The notes: a model not told the origin generated them from the sequence alone. A DNA stretch of 63,707 nt, filler included, from Octopus bimaculoides (GCF_001194135.2; 5 parts of 5 records of this genome joined end to end with filler, not necessarily neighbours in it); one strand, 5' to 3'; positions 13,603 to 26,032 are shown, numbered from the whole stretch's first letter. Made by a program: numbers and translations.

Positions 13603-13790
13603 CAAAGTCTGACACAAGGCCAGGTATTTCGAGGAAGGGGCGAAATCGATTAGATCGACCCCAGTGTTCATCTAGTACTTATTTTATCGACTCTGAAAGA
13701 ATGAATGGTAAATCACCCTCGGCAGAATTTGAACTCAGGTCGTAAAGACGGACGAAACGCTGCTAAGAATTTTGCCCGACATGCTAAACT
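13603..13790 (-). mobile_element. SINE family A
   Basis: Reverse-complement match: atcgaccccagtg...tacttattttatcgac...gaatttgaactcag...gctaag. Confidence 0.85.
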
Positions 13791-13921
13791 AGAATAAATT
13801 AGGTTATTAGTATTTTTCAATACTAATAGCATTCTAATAGCGGAAATTTATTAAAGAAATCTATGAATTGAAGTCTACACTAGTCTAACATTCATATAAA
13901 TTTATGCAGACCCAATAAACC

Positions 13922-14135
13922 ATTTCTGGAATAGGCGTAGGGTCTGGAATTTGCGGGGGAGAGGACAGGTGACTACATAGACCCCGGCTTTCAACTGGTA
14001 CTTATTATATCAATCCTGAAACGATCAAAAGCAAAGTCGACCTCAGTGGCATTTGAACTCATAGCGTAAAAAGCCGGAATAAATACCACTAAGCATTTTG
14101 TCAGAGATGCTAACAATTGTACCAGCTTGTTGGCT
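13922..14135 (-). mobile_element. SINE family A
   Basis: caactggtactta...aaagtcgacctcagtggcatttgaactc...gctaacaattgtaccagct. Confidence 0.85.
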
Positions 14136-14167
14136 ATACAGAGCAAATTAAACAAAAGGAATTCTGA

Positions 14168-14396
14168 GGGTGGTGAGCTGGCAGAATTGGTAGCTCGCCG
14201 CGCCGGACAACATACTTAACGGCATTTCGTCCGGCTTAACGTTCGGAGTTCAAATGCAACCGAGGTCAACTTTGCCTTTCTTACTTTCGGGGTCGACAAA
14301 ATAAGATAAGTATCAGTTGAGTACTTGGGTCAATGCAATCGACTTACCCGCTCTCCTGAACTTGCTGGCTTTGTGCCAAAATCTGAAAGCATTATT
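14168..14396 (+). mobile_element. SINE family A
   Basis: ggtgagctggcagaatt head, GAGTTCAAAT B-box-like motif, ttcggggtcgac and ttgtgccaaaatctgaaa tail. Confidence 0.85.
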
Positions 14397-14409
14397 ATCA
14401 CTATTATTA

Positions 14410-14635
14410 AGGCGGATCACTGGCAGAATCATTAGCAAGCCGAAAAAAATTGCTTAGTAGCATTTCGTCCGTCTTTTCGTTTTGAATTCAAGTTCCGCTG
14501 AGTTTGTCTTTGCTTTTCATCCTTTCAGGGTTGTTATAATAAGCATACCAGTCGAGCACTAGGGAGCGATGTAATCAATTGGTCCCTGCCCCTAAAAGTG
14601 CTGGCCTTGTACCAAAATTTGAAAGAATTATTATT
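14410..14635 (+). mobile_element. SINE family A
   Basis: ctggcagaatcattagc head and ggccttgtaccaaaatttgaaa tail. Confidence 0.85.
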
Positions 14636-16860
14636 AGTTGTAGTGGTATATACTATGAAATGAACGCATTTGTACAAAGTAAGAACTGCTATATTTGATT
14701 TTCTGCAAGTTTGAGCTGTTACATTTTCCGCAAATTAAAACTACTAAATTCGATATCATAATTTTTATGCACAAGCCAGCAATTTATGCGATCAATTGAC
14801 TTTTTCGTAACAGCTTTCGATATTTTGACGTATCTTTTACTTACATTCTTTTCTTTTAGTACTTATCTTCATTTCATTATTCTAGGTCAAATCACTTTTT
14901 AAACACTTACACACTCACAGACGTGAACACAAACATATATATATATATATATATATATANNNNNNNNNNNNNNNNNNNNNNNNNNNNNNNNNNNNNNNNN
15001 NNNNNNNNNNNNNNNNNNNNNNNNNNNNNNNNNNNNNNNNNNNNNNNNNNNNNNNNNNNNNNNNNNNNNNNNNNNNNNNNNNNNNNNNNNNNNNNNNNNN
15101 NNNNNNNNNNNNNNNNNNNNNNNNNNNNNNNNNNNNNNNNNNNNNNNNNNNNNNNNNNNNNNNNNNNNNNNNNNNNNNNNNNNNNNNNNNNNNNNNNNNN
15201 NNNNNNNNNNNNNNNNNNNNNNNNNNNNNNNNNNNNNNNNNNNNNNNNNNNNNNNNNNNNNNNNNNNNNNNNNNNNNNNNNNNNNNNNNNNNNNNNNNNN
15301 NNNNNNNNNNNNNNNNNNNNNNNNNNNNNNNNNNNNNNNNNNNNNNNNNNNNNNNNNNNNNNNNNNNNNNNNNNNNNNNNNNNNNNNNNNNNNNNNNNNN
15401 NNNNNNNNNNNNNNNNNNNNNNNNNNNNNNNNNNNNNNNNNNNNNNNTATATATATATATATGCATATATGTGTGTGTGTTGTTTTTCAATCATTCTCTT
15501 TAATACTTTCACCATTTGAAGTAGCCATTTTTGTTGCCTTGTATTTAAATTATATTGAGAAGTGATCTGACAGTTTTCAAGCTTTATTAAATCAATTAGG
15601 TATTGAAGAATACTCATTTTATCTTGCAGTTCACACTTTATTCTCTCTATATTGGTGCATTCACGCAACCTTGTACTACTTATTCTGAGCCCACCGTGTG
15701 CAGAAATAAACTGCCAAACTGCCATGTCAGTACACTTCACCAACATACATCGATGTCATCCAGCTATAACAGGAAATTGACGCACAAAGACACACACACT
15801 ATCTTTCCTTTGTCTATTTGTATGTCTCTTTTCTGCCGTTGTGTCCCTATGATTACCTCCACCTCAGCATCTGACATACAGATACATTCTTACCTTACAT
15901 GAGTTCACACACAAATATACACACACATAATCACGTGTACACACATCCCATTTTATCATTGTTACTGACGACTAATGCTTCACTGTCATCAAATCTACTT
16001 TGCCTTCACATTTTGTGACATATCTCAATATTTACTTTGTCTTTGCTCTGCGATTGAATGTCTCGATCTCTTGAGAAATTACTCAATAAAACCTGCAAAT
16101 TACCAACCAAAGTCTCAGCTTCAGTGAGCATTAATCACTCCTTCAGCCCATGCCATCCACAGAAATAGACAGTCCTCAAAATAGCCATTCCTAAACGCAA
16201 CCCAACGACATCCAAAATACATCCCATCTACATCCTATGCCACCTACAAATAACTCCGAACAAGCCTGGATAATCCCAATCATAAATACAACCAATCTAA
16301 ATTAGAAGCATAGAATTCGAGAAGCAAACCTAGTTAAACTTCTCTTTAAAAGGTTTCCGTAAATCCCAAATATAAAAACGAAAATCATCACAGATATATT
16401 TAATCTCAATCGTATACTGGAAATCATGATAGCCGCAGACATATATANNNNNNNNNNNNNNNNNNNNNNNNNNNNNNNNNNNNNNNNNNNNNNNNNNNNN
16501 NNNNNNNNNNNNNNNNNNNNNNNNNNNNNNNNNNNNNNNNNNNNNNNNNNNNNNNNNNNNNNNNNNNNNNNNNNNNNNNNNNNNNNNNNNNNNNNNNNNN
16601 NNNNNNNNNNNNNNNNNNNNNNNNNNNNNNNNNNNNNNNNNNNNNNNNNNNNNNNNNNNNNNNNNNNNNNNNNNNNNNNNNNNNNNNNNNNNNNNNNNNN
16701 NNNNNNNNNNNNNNNNNNNNNNNNNNNNNNNNNNNNNNNNNNNNNNNNNNNNNNNNNNNNNNNNNNNNNNNNNNNNNNNNNNNNNNNNNNNNNNNNNNNN
16801 NNNNNNNNNNNNNNNNNTATATATATATATATATATATATATTGTATGTGTAACGTAATT

Positions 16861-16925
16861 GTTTAGTAAAAAGCCATTGGTTTCATATCTAGCGTGAACT
16901 AGACATTTCTTCAGTTTTTCTAAAC
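16861..16925 (-). ncRNA. Type I hammerhead ribozyme motif at the PLE 3' end, probably mutated
   Basis: The minus strand reads GUUUAGAAAAA-CUGAAGA-A-AUGUCUAG(UUCACG)CUAGAUAU-GAAA-CCAAUGGC-UUUUUACUAAAC. Stem I (11 bp, one bulge) and stem II (8 bp) pair well. The U before the cleavage site is absent (GGC rather than GUC). Confidence 0.7.
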
Positions 16926-17880
16926 ATTAACCATTCTCTGCAAAGAATGTTTTTTAAACACAAGAACGCCGGTGATAGCTCAAGAAATATTCCTCAGTTG
17001 TCTTCCCTCGCTTGGTAGCTAGGTTTTACTAATGTTGAAGTAAATATTTCCGAAAATGTGGACAACTCCCCATAGCTTCCGTCTTTGTGTTCAGGTAGCC
17101 TCCTGGCTCATGTGAGTTCATGAAGATTATATATCTTTCTGCCATACACAATTTACACCATCTTGTTCCATTCCGATAGGGTTCACAAGTTTCCAGTAAT
17201 TTCCACCTGATGTTAAAGGGTGTATGATCGTCTTTTAGGCGCCATACGTATGCTGCGAGTATCGTTGTGTTGCGTTTCTCCGGGACCCTGAAAGAAGATC
17301 TGTTGGTTGTTAAGGCCTTAGTGTGTGTCTCTGTGTTGGCATTGATGTTACTGATAGTTGTGCTGCTCCTGTTTGAGGCTACCTTTGCTTGGTACACTGT
17401 AGCCTCTGTCTTACATCGGCCGTCCACTGGGTATTTATTTCTAATCCTGCATGAACAACCTGCCTCTGTCCGTAGTTTAGGAGTGCTAAGTAATTTTTTC
17501 TTAACATTGGGTGCACAACTGAAAGAGATTCTTAAATTATGTCTGTTAAAGGTCTTTCTATATTTGTGTGATCGTGTGAAATGCTTATCAACCAACCTAA
17601 GAAAAATCTTACCTATGCATGTCCGGACGTTTAGGGAAAAGGGAGAGTGAACCATAAGTTTTGCAGTGGCGTTTCCTTTTATGGTTATTCAATCCTGGTA
17701 TATATTCTATATTCTCTTTGAACCCGCTGCCCGCTAGCGCCTAATTGTAAGCGAGAGCCGCTGCGTCGAAAATATCTTTATTTGAAGATAAGATCGAAAT
17801 CCGTCTACTGATACCTTTTATTAGGATTTTGAACACTATGGGTGGGTGGCAGGAGGGTGTATTAATGTACGATAGCCTGT
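16861..17880 (-). mobile_element. Decayed, 5'-truncated Penelope-like element (RT thumb/linker plus GIY-YIG region; resembles the Naiad type)
   Basis: Upstream frame: LSYINTPSCHPPIVFKILIKGISRRISILSSNKDIFDAAALAYN*ALAGSGFKENIEY. After a frameshift, ORF 17029-17655 reads PFSLNVRTCIGKIFLRLVDKHF...FNRHNLRISFSC...CSC...PVDGRC...VYQAKV...WKLLETCEPYRNG..WCKLCMAE...N.KTE..GSCPH..KYLL. The YIG motif is eroded. A hammerhead motif lies in the 3' region. Confidence 0.85.
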
Positions 17881-17881
17881 G

Positions 17882-17983
<102 letters not shown>

Positions 17984-17984
17984 C

Positions 17985-18185
17985 TACTTTTACTTGTTTT
18001 AGTCATTGGATGGCGACCATGCTGGGCTACCGTCTTGTGCAGTTTAGTCGAACAACTTGAGCCCTGTACTTATTTTAAAGCATTCTGTCTGATATTTATG
18101 TTGAACCGCTAAATTACGGGAGCGCAAACAAAACAGCACTTGTCAAAAGGTGGTGGGAGACAAGCATAACGCAAACACAAACACG
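17985..18185 (-). mobile_element. SINE family C, 3' part
   Basis: ttacttgttttagtcattggatggcgaccatgctggg...gaaccgctaaattacggg, the reverse complement of the type seen at 5560-5740. Confidence 0.7.
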
Positions 18186-18302
18186 CTGAAGCAGCGAAGA
18201 AACATTAATAACAAATAGTCATTAGTTAAATGTAGCAAAGTTAAAACTTAGTATTCATTCAAAACGTAAAGTTTTGCGTTATCAAAACTCTAAGCGCATG
18301 TA

Positions 18303-18511
18303 CGGTATTTTCTGGCGTATAAGTCGACGTAGTAATATATACTGTAAACATGTAGTGTAAACATTCAAACGCCGTCATTATATTTCCAGATACTATTGCA
18401 TTTCACATGAAATTTTTGATTCTCCAAAGTCGTCTGGGTGTATAAGTCGACCTACCTCTTTGTATATAAATTAATCCCTAGAAAATTCGACATATATAAA
18501 GGAAAATACGG
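18303..18511. mobile_element. pogo/Tc2-type MITE
   Basis: TA|cggtattttctggcgtataagtcgac at the left end and ttcgacatatataaaggaaaatacgg|TA at the right form imperfect TIRs with TA flanks. gtataagtcgac is repeated internally. Confidence 0.7.
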
Positions 18512-20037
18512 TATGTTAAGAAATCCCTTAGTCATCACAATCAAGCGTATATGATCCAGTAACTTGCAAAAGGCTTACCCTAATTGTTCTTGGTGTTCAC
18601 GTAGTTGCAAGCAAATTTAGACACTCGTGTGACGCTCCCACATCTGATACAGCGGAACATCGAGGATATAACGACAGGCGTGAGAGCGGGAGAATGAGGG
18701 AGCTAAACCATCAAGCGGTTGGGAGCAACGTGAAATGTAATGCTTCGTTCAAGATCACAATACTCTACGTTGTCAAGAAATTGAACCACCTCCTTTAAAG
18801 TGATTAGCCCAACATCCTAAAGGATATGGGCGTATGGTCATTTAATGCCCATACTCAACCAATCTGGTTATTGCCATATAATATAAACAGGTTATTTTTA
18901 TTTATTTATTTATTTGTATACGTATAAACACAAGCACGTACACACACACATGTATATATCAAAAAAGGGATTGAAAAACATTTAAAATTGTTTTCCACCA
19001 TTACAGATGTTTCATTTGCTCCTACGAATTACAAAGTTGCCCATGTAAGAGAAATGTGTAACATAACTCCTGTTAGAAATTCTTCAGACAGAGAAAGAAA
19101 AAAAATGTTACTCTGCAAAAAATATTTCCCAGAATTTTCGAATCCTATGCATACCTCACGCAAATAATACATCTGCATGCTGATTTTATATCCCGGAATA
19201 AGCAAATGTGCTTCAAAAAGACCCAGCTTGGATTTAAACCCCATCTACATTATATGTATGTACTAGTTGGCCCCGGGCTGTCAAAGATAACGGCTAATTG
19301 TAGCATTTTATATATAAATATGAATGGTAAATCAAATTAATTCACTTGTCAATGTTATCTAGTTGTTGTCTTTTGAGATGTGACATCGATCATCGTTTGT
19401 TACTGAAAGAACTCTGGTTCACACATACAAACATTCACATACTTCCCTTGTACACGCACACACATACACACATATGCGCACACAGAGGTGAAACGCTGTT
19501 TGATTTTTCTTTTCAGCGTTGAAGGTTCATCATTCCACTTCTATTGCACACACACACACACACTCACACACACATATTCACATACCTCCCTTTTACATAC
19601 ACACATATACTCACACAGAGTTGAAACGTTCCCACTACTAGTTTGCCATCACCCCTTCCTTCCTTATTCATCTATCACCTCTTCCTTTTTCATTCATATG
19701 TTGTGACGGAGAAAAACTCAAGAGTGTTATTACAGTAGAAGATGTATGCATGTATGTATGTATGTATGTATGTATGTACGTATGTATGTATGCATGATTG
19801 TACGTATGTTTGAACTATACATTCATATATATATATATATACATAAATATATACGTGTGTGCATGTGTGTATGTATGTAGCATGGCTTTGACGTAGAGCC
19901 ATGTTTGAAACGCCACTTCCACATCTATTTTTCCATCTAAAACTTACACTGAGCATCAATGTAATATACTCATTGTGCACGTCTAATTAATTGGCTGATG
20001 TTGCTTTTTCCTCTTTGTTATTTTTGATTTGCCCATG

Positions 20038-20085
<48 letters not shown>

Positions 20086-21379
20086 TATAGACATATATAT
20101 ANNNNNNNNNNNNNNNNNNNNNNNNNNNNNNNNNNNNNNNNNNNNNNNNNNNNNNNNNNNNNNNNNNNNNNNNNNNNNNNNNNNNNNNNNNNNNNNNNNN
20201 NNNNNNNNNNNNNNNNNNNNNNNNNNNNNNNNNNNNNNNNNNNNNNNNNNNNNNNNNNNNNNNNNNNNNNNNNNNNNNNNNNNNNNNNNNNNNNNNNNNN
20301 NNNNNNNNNNNNNNNNNNNNNNNNNNNNNNNNNNNNNNNNNNNNNNNNNNNNNNNNNNNNNNNNNNNNNNNNNNNNNNNNNNNNNNNNNNNNNNNNNNNN
20401 NNNNNNNNNNNNNNNNNNNTATATATATATATATATATATATATGCATGTATATGTATGCATGTATGTATATAAATACATATATATATACATGTGTGTGT
20501 ATATATATAAATAAAGCATTCAGTGCGCTTATATTTCGAACCTAAGTTATTTTATTTGTCGTAATTTAACTTAACTGGGTTTATAATGAACTTCTGACCC
20601 AAGTTTACAACCATCATCCAATATACTATGGCCAATATTCGCTCTATGGAAAAGATAACTATTCTAGCTGAAAATTAGCTTGACCAATATTAGCCAAATC
20701 TTCATACATTTACAGTAGATGAACATAAAGATTTGGCCATGCATAAAACCAATTCTTATCACTATTGTAGCACGCCATGGGATAGCAATGATTTCCAGTA
20801 TGTTCAAACGTAGAAATACCAAATATTGCACCGAACATTGCCAGGCTCGGTAAGAATTATTTGAAAATGTTAGCAAATCATAGATATTACATTTCATGCC
20901 AACAATGATCTGGAAAATAAATAATAGCTGATTAAAAATACTCAATAGATAAAAATAGTGGGAAGCACTGGAAATGTATTGCAACGCTGTTATACATATA
21001 TTCTGGAACGGATAAAATATGTTATATGTGTATGTATGCAATGTACCTATACGCACAGATACATATATAGATATATACAGATACTGAGGTATAAGCGTAC
21101 ATGCAAAGCAAGGCACACAAATAAACACACGTATGCAAATATATGCAAGTACGTGTATGTATGTTTAATATGAATATCATATTAATGCGATTACATATTC
21201 ATAAATACAAACATACGTAAAAAGATTGTTATAACACAGATGTGTTCTTAAAAATGTATATTTGTGTGTGTGTGTTTGTATATGCGCGTGTGTATGTATA
21301 TGCACGTGTGTGCGTACGTATGTGTGTGTGCGCGCGCGCGCGCGTGTGTATGTGTGTGTGTGTGTGTGTGTGCATTATG

Positions 21380-21474
21380 GGCAACTCGTAGTAAATCAGA
21401 ACTGAATTTAATTCAAATATCACAAAGTCAGTGAATGGTTTAGCTCGAAGCAAATGTTATAAATAACAGCATGC

Positions 21475-21535
<61 letters not shown>

Positions 21536-21700
21536 GTGTGTGTGAGTGTGTGTGTGTGTGTGTGCGTGTGTATACATGTTTGTGTGTGTATTCGCAACTC
21601 GGAGTATACCATAAGAACTGAATTAAATTTAAATAGCACAAGCTCAATAAATGAGTTAACTCGAAGTGGATAAAATTATAAATAATAGCATGCAAATACA
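21380..21700 (+). repeat. Old direct duplication (~100-bp unit, period ~210 bp) separated by (TG)n
   Basis: gcaactcgtagt...agaactgaattta...ctcgaag...ttataaataacagcatgcaaatac recurs as gcaactcggagt...agaactgaatta...ctcgaag...ttataaataatagcatgcaaatac. Confidence 0.8.
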
Positions 21701-23395
21701 GGCTAAGATTCGATACTTTTCCTCCAATGGTTTTTCAACCCAGCATTTGTACTCTATTGATTATAGCTTTATCTACTTCTAGTTAAACCGTTCCTAAAAA
21801 CAGAAGTTGTACTTTTTAATCCATTATATTTGCTTAGATAACACTAGCACCGTTGTTTAGATTCATTAATAAATATCACACATTTCAGACGTACACACTT
21901 ACATACGCACACATCCACACGTCAAAGTCACTAGCCCCTATCCACACGCACGCGCACCTTCCTACCTCTCCTCTCTAACTATCTTTGTCCAGCCAGTCGC
22001 CATGATTGACCGCTAACTCCAAAAGATTTTTATTCACTCTGTTTATTTCCTCATGTTCCTTTCTATTGAAAAATATAGCTAATCGTCAGATCGTAAGTAG
22101 AACAATAATTAGATATATATATCTCAACCAACAATAAATACCACATGAATTAATATGAAATACTTATTTTATAAAGATAGAACAATTATAAAAATATCAA
22201 AATATCAAAATAATAACCATTCAATAATCCTCCCTTCATCCATTATAATAACATGTATATTATATACAAAAAACAGCTTACATAAATTATCATTGTTTTA
22301 AATTATCATTGTTTTAAATATAATTTGAACGAATTGAGTTTGAATTACGGAAAAATATGTATAAGTACTGTTTTTATTTTGCTAAACATTTTCTACTATT
22401 TGAAAATAATATGTATTCTTGTTTTTTTATATTATTCATTTGGTTCTTTAAAGATTATTTTTAATAGATAACTTATTTAACACTAAATTATTTAGAAGTT
22501 ATAGTTTCATTTCAACNNNNNNNNNNNNNNNNNNNNNNNNNNNNNNNNNNNNNNNNNNNNNNNNNNNNNNNNNNNNNNNNNNNNNNNNNNNNNNNNNNNN
22601 NNNNNNNNNNNNNNNNNNNNNNNNNNNNNNNNNNNNNNNNNNNNNNNNNNNNNNNNNNNNNNNNNNNNNNNNNNNNNNNNNNNNNNNNNNNNNNNNNNNN
22701 NNNNNNNNNNNNNNNNNNNNNNNNNNNNNNNNNNNNNNNNNNNNNNNNNNNNNNNNNNNNNNNNNNNNNNNNNNNNNNNNNNNNNNNNNNNNNNNNNNNN
22801 NNNNNNNNNNNNNNNNNNNNNNNNNNNNNNNNNNNNNNNNNNNNNNNNNNNNNNNNNNNNNNNNNNNNNNNNNNNNNNNNNNNNNNNNNNNNNNNNNNNN
22901 NNNNNNNNNNNNNNNNNNNNNNNNNNNNNNNNNNNNNNNNNNNNNNNNNNNNNNNNNNNNNNNNNNNNNNNNNNNNNNNNNNNNNNNNNNNNNNNNNNNN
23001 NNNNNNNNNNNNNNNNNNNNNNNNNNNNNNNNNNNNNNNNNNNNNNNNNNNNNNNNNNNNNNNNNNNNNNNNNNNNNNNNNNNNNNNNNNNNNNNNNNNN
23101 NNNNNNNNNNNNNNNNNNNNNNNNNNNNNNNNNNNNNNNNNNNNNNNNNNNNNNNNNNNNNNNNNNNNNNNNNNNNNNNNNNNNNNNNNNNNNNNNNNNN
23201 NNNNNNNNNNNNNNNNNNNNNNNNNNNNNNNNNNNNNNNNNNNNNNNNNNNNNNNNNNNNNNNNNNNNNNNNNNNNNNNNNNNNNNNNNNNNNNNNNNNN
23301 NNNNNNNNNNNNNNNNNNNNNNNNNNNNNNNNNNNNNNNNNNNNNNNNNNNNNNNNNNNNNNNNNNNNNNNNNNNNNNNNNNNNNNNNNNNNNNN

Positions 23396-23432
<37 letters not shown>

Positions 23433-23435
<3 letters not shown>

Positions 23436-23790
23436 GCAGAAATACTCGGCCTTGCCTGGGATAAAGAGAATAATGAAATTTAAAAACGCCGTCTAGGTTT
23501 CGCAGTTCTCAACTATTAATAACAGAGATACCAATTTTCTACGTTAATAACTCTCCAATCCATACTAGCATAGACCATAGACATTAAGTGAAATGTTGAA
23601 AGAAAGTTTTCAACTCATACCTACAGCTTCTAGACCCGAATTACAAATTTACGTTTATACCAATGTAATTGGAACACTTAGTTTTGTATGTAAATGCTTA
23701 ACTGTCTGTGGATAAGCTTGGATTTTCAGAAAAAGAAATCAACCAACTGATTCGCACATTACAAATACAATCTGTAAGCGGAACAGTAAA
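23433..23790 (-). mobile_element. Helitron 3' terminus (non-autonomous); left end defined, right end approximate
   Basis: The minus strand reads cccaggcaaggccgag (degenerate hairpin), tatttctg, CTAG, then host T. Confidence 0.5.
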
Positions 23791-23990
23791 ATTATGCAAA
23801 ATTTTTCTCAGGTTTAAAATGTGACATCGTTTTCGTTATCTACTTTCCAAAGATGGAGCTTTGTATCTTTGTTAGAAGCAGCTCTTTCTCCAGAGGAAGA
23901 TTTTAAATGATTAAATAAAGATGAAACATCCAGCATACGCACGTACTTTCAAACATACATGCATATATTTGTGCATATATACATACTCAC

Positions 23991-24045
<55 letters not shown>

Positions 24046-24446
24046 ATTATCAAAGCTTCGTATTTAGAGTATCAAATTATATATTTTTAATCTACAATGT
24101 GAGATTTTCACTTCAGTCAACATTCTTTGTCAGTGAGACCATTCATTTCGAATATAACAAAACGAAACAAACAAAAGTGTAATTGACGAAAAGGAACAAT
24201 AAAATTAAGCAATGCGAAAGTAATATCCCGGAAGTAAGTCCTCGGTGGAATATTGGCCCATGCATTTCTATCAGAGTTGAGATGATTCCGGTGAGGAACA
24301 ATTAGCAGCGACAGCCAGAAAGCTTTCTTCATTACATAGGGTTACTTATAGCAAAACAAATTTATTAACATGAATTAAAACTAGTCAGATCCTGAACTCG
24401 GTCCAGCGAATGGAAATTAATGATGAAGACAAGCATTCTAAATATT

Positions 24447-24655
24447 AGTCTCAAATTTTAGCCACAATGCCAGCAGGTTCGGGTGAGGGGTAAATCAGTT
24501 GACCCCAGGGCTCAACTGAGACTTATTTTATCGACCCTGAAAGGATGAATAGCAAATCAACCTCGGCAGGATTTTATCTCAGAACATAAAGAGAGACGAA
24601 ATGCCGCGAAGCATTTTTCCCGGCGTGCTAATGATACTGCAAGCTTCCCGCTATA
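24447..24655 (-). mobile_element. SINE family A, tandem copy 1
   Basis: Full reverse-complement match to family A, bounded by ttctaaatatt repeats. Confidence 0.9.
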
Positions 24656-24670
24656 ACCGTTCTAAATATT

Positions 24671-24877
24671 AACTTCAGATTTTGGCAGAAGGCCAGCAAG
24701 TTCGGATGAGGGGGTAAGTCGATTACATCGACCCCAGGGCTCAACTAGTACTTATTATATCGACCCTGAAAGGATCAAAGTCAAAGTCGACCCCGGCGGA
24801 ATTTGATCTCAGGACGTAAAGACGAACGAAAATGCTGCTACGCATTGTGTCCGGCGTGCTGTTGACTCTGCTAGCTT
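24671..24877 (-). mobile_element. SINE family A, tandem copy 2
   Basis: As for copy 1; both share the variant gaccccagggctcaact. Confidence 0.9.
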
Positions 24878-25199
24878 AAGCATTCTAAATATTGTAGTTG
24901 AGAAAGACGAATGTTCTTTGATTATCTTTCAAAGAAACCATATGTAAAGAAAAGAAAGGTCATAGAAGTAAAAAAAAATATCATAAAACAATAAAGGGAA
25001 AGACATTGTGGAAAAAGGTGGAAAGTAATTCTAAAAATATATTGCTTACAGTTTCCATGTATTAAACTATATTTTCCTTACTGTTTCAAAATATTTCAAA
25101 CATTATAATAATCGTGGTTTGTGAAACATTGACCTTTGTAAGAAACATTTCCTTTTTGCAAGCTGATCTTTATATCTTACAAGGATAGTTTCTTTATTA

Positions 25200-25625
25200 T
25201 CATTACTTTTGTTCTGGCTCAGGTTCGGCCTAATTCCTGGTAGGACTTATGTGGATAGCAGGTTACTGCCTATTACCTTTGGCATCCACAAGTTTTCAAC
25301 AGTCATTCAAGTGAATAGAACTCTCCTGATAATCCTTGTTGTCCCTAAGAGACAAACTGTCTATTGTAGCTCTATCGGACATTCTATTTCAATCTCCTTC
25401 AGCCATTTGTCTATATTTTGGCTTATTGTTCCAAACGCGCCTATTATTATACGCACAAATTTACTGTTTGCATGCTTCAAATTCTTCTTATTTCAAACTT
25501 TAAGGGATTGTATTTTGTTTGATTCCTCGTTCTTTGCAATCTGGAATTAAAGGAGCATGATGGGTCGATAAGTAAGCAATTTCGTTTTTCCTTATCTACA
25601 ATTGTTATCTCTGGTTTACTATTTC
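25200..25625 (-). mobile_element. R4/Dong-type non-LTR retrotransposon 3' end (restriction-like endonuclease region), decayed
   Basis: Minus-strand translation: IVDKEKRNCLLIDPSCSFNSRL...KYNPLKFEIRRI* and IIIGAFGTISQNIDKWLKEIEIECPIELQ*TVCLLGTTRIIRRVLFT* (stop at 25307-25309). Confidence 0.8.
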
Positions 25626-25634
25626 CGAATTTAT

Positions 25635-25661
25635 TATTATAATTATTATTTATTATTATTA

Positions 25662-25730
<69 letters not shown>

Positions 25731-25735
25731 GTTCA
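25635..25735. repeat. (TTA)n microsatellite between two R4/Dong fragments
   Basis: Long TTA/ATT run. Confidence 0.95.
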
Positions 25736-25890
25736 GTAGTTTTATTTTTATAACGTTCTTTCACTTCACTACCGAGCGCCTTGCGTATGTGCTGTGGTTT
25801 GCTGTGATGCTCTTATGGTTACTGTATTGAAAGTGTTTTGCGTAGGATATGTGCAGTGCCCAGTAGTGCAATTTTCTGTATGTTATATAT
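25735..25890 (-). mobile_element. Second R4/Dong-type element: last codons plus 3' UTR
   Basis: The minus strand reads YNIQKIALLGTAHILRKTLSIQ*, followed by ~90 nt of UTR running into (AAT)n. The rest is lost in a gap. Confidence 0.75.
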
Positions 25891-25990
25891 NNNNNNNNNN
25901 NNNNNNNNNNNNNNNNNNNNNNNNNNNNNNNNNNTTAATTAATTAANNNNNNNNNNNNNNNNNNNNNNNNNNNNNNNNNNNNNNNNNNNN

Positions 25991-26032
<42 letters not shown>

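Noticed and set aside
16100-16360. Possible second GIY-YIG remnant (WIIPI...RIREANLVKLL)
   Set aside because: Only a few residues resemble the motif, which is insufficient without an alignment.
16930-17655. Possible selenoprotein (UGA/SECIS) feature of the Naiad-like PLE
   Set aside because: There is no in-frame TGA in the preserved ORF, and I see no convincing SECIS fold in the ~100-nt 3' region. A consensus from intact copies would be needed.
25935-25946. TTAATTAATTAA islands inside N runs (also 46703, 55547 and ~60392)
   Set aside because: An identical 12-mer centred in ~100-bp gaps that gives stops in all six frames is a scaffolding filler, not biology.
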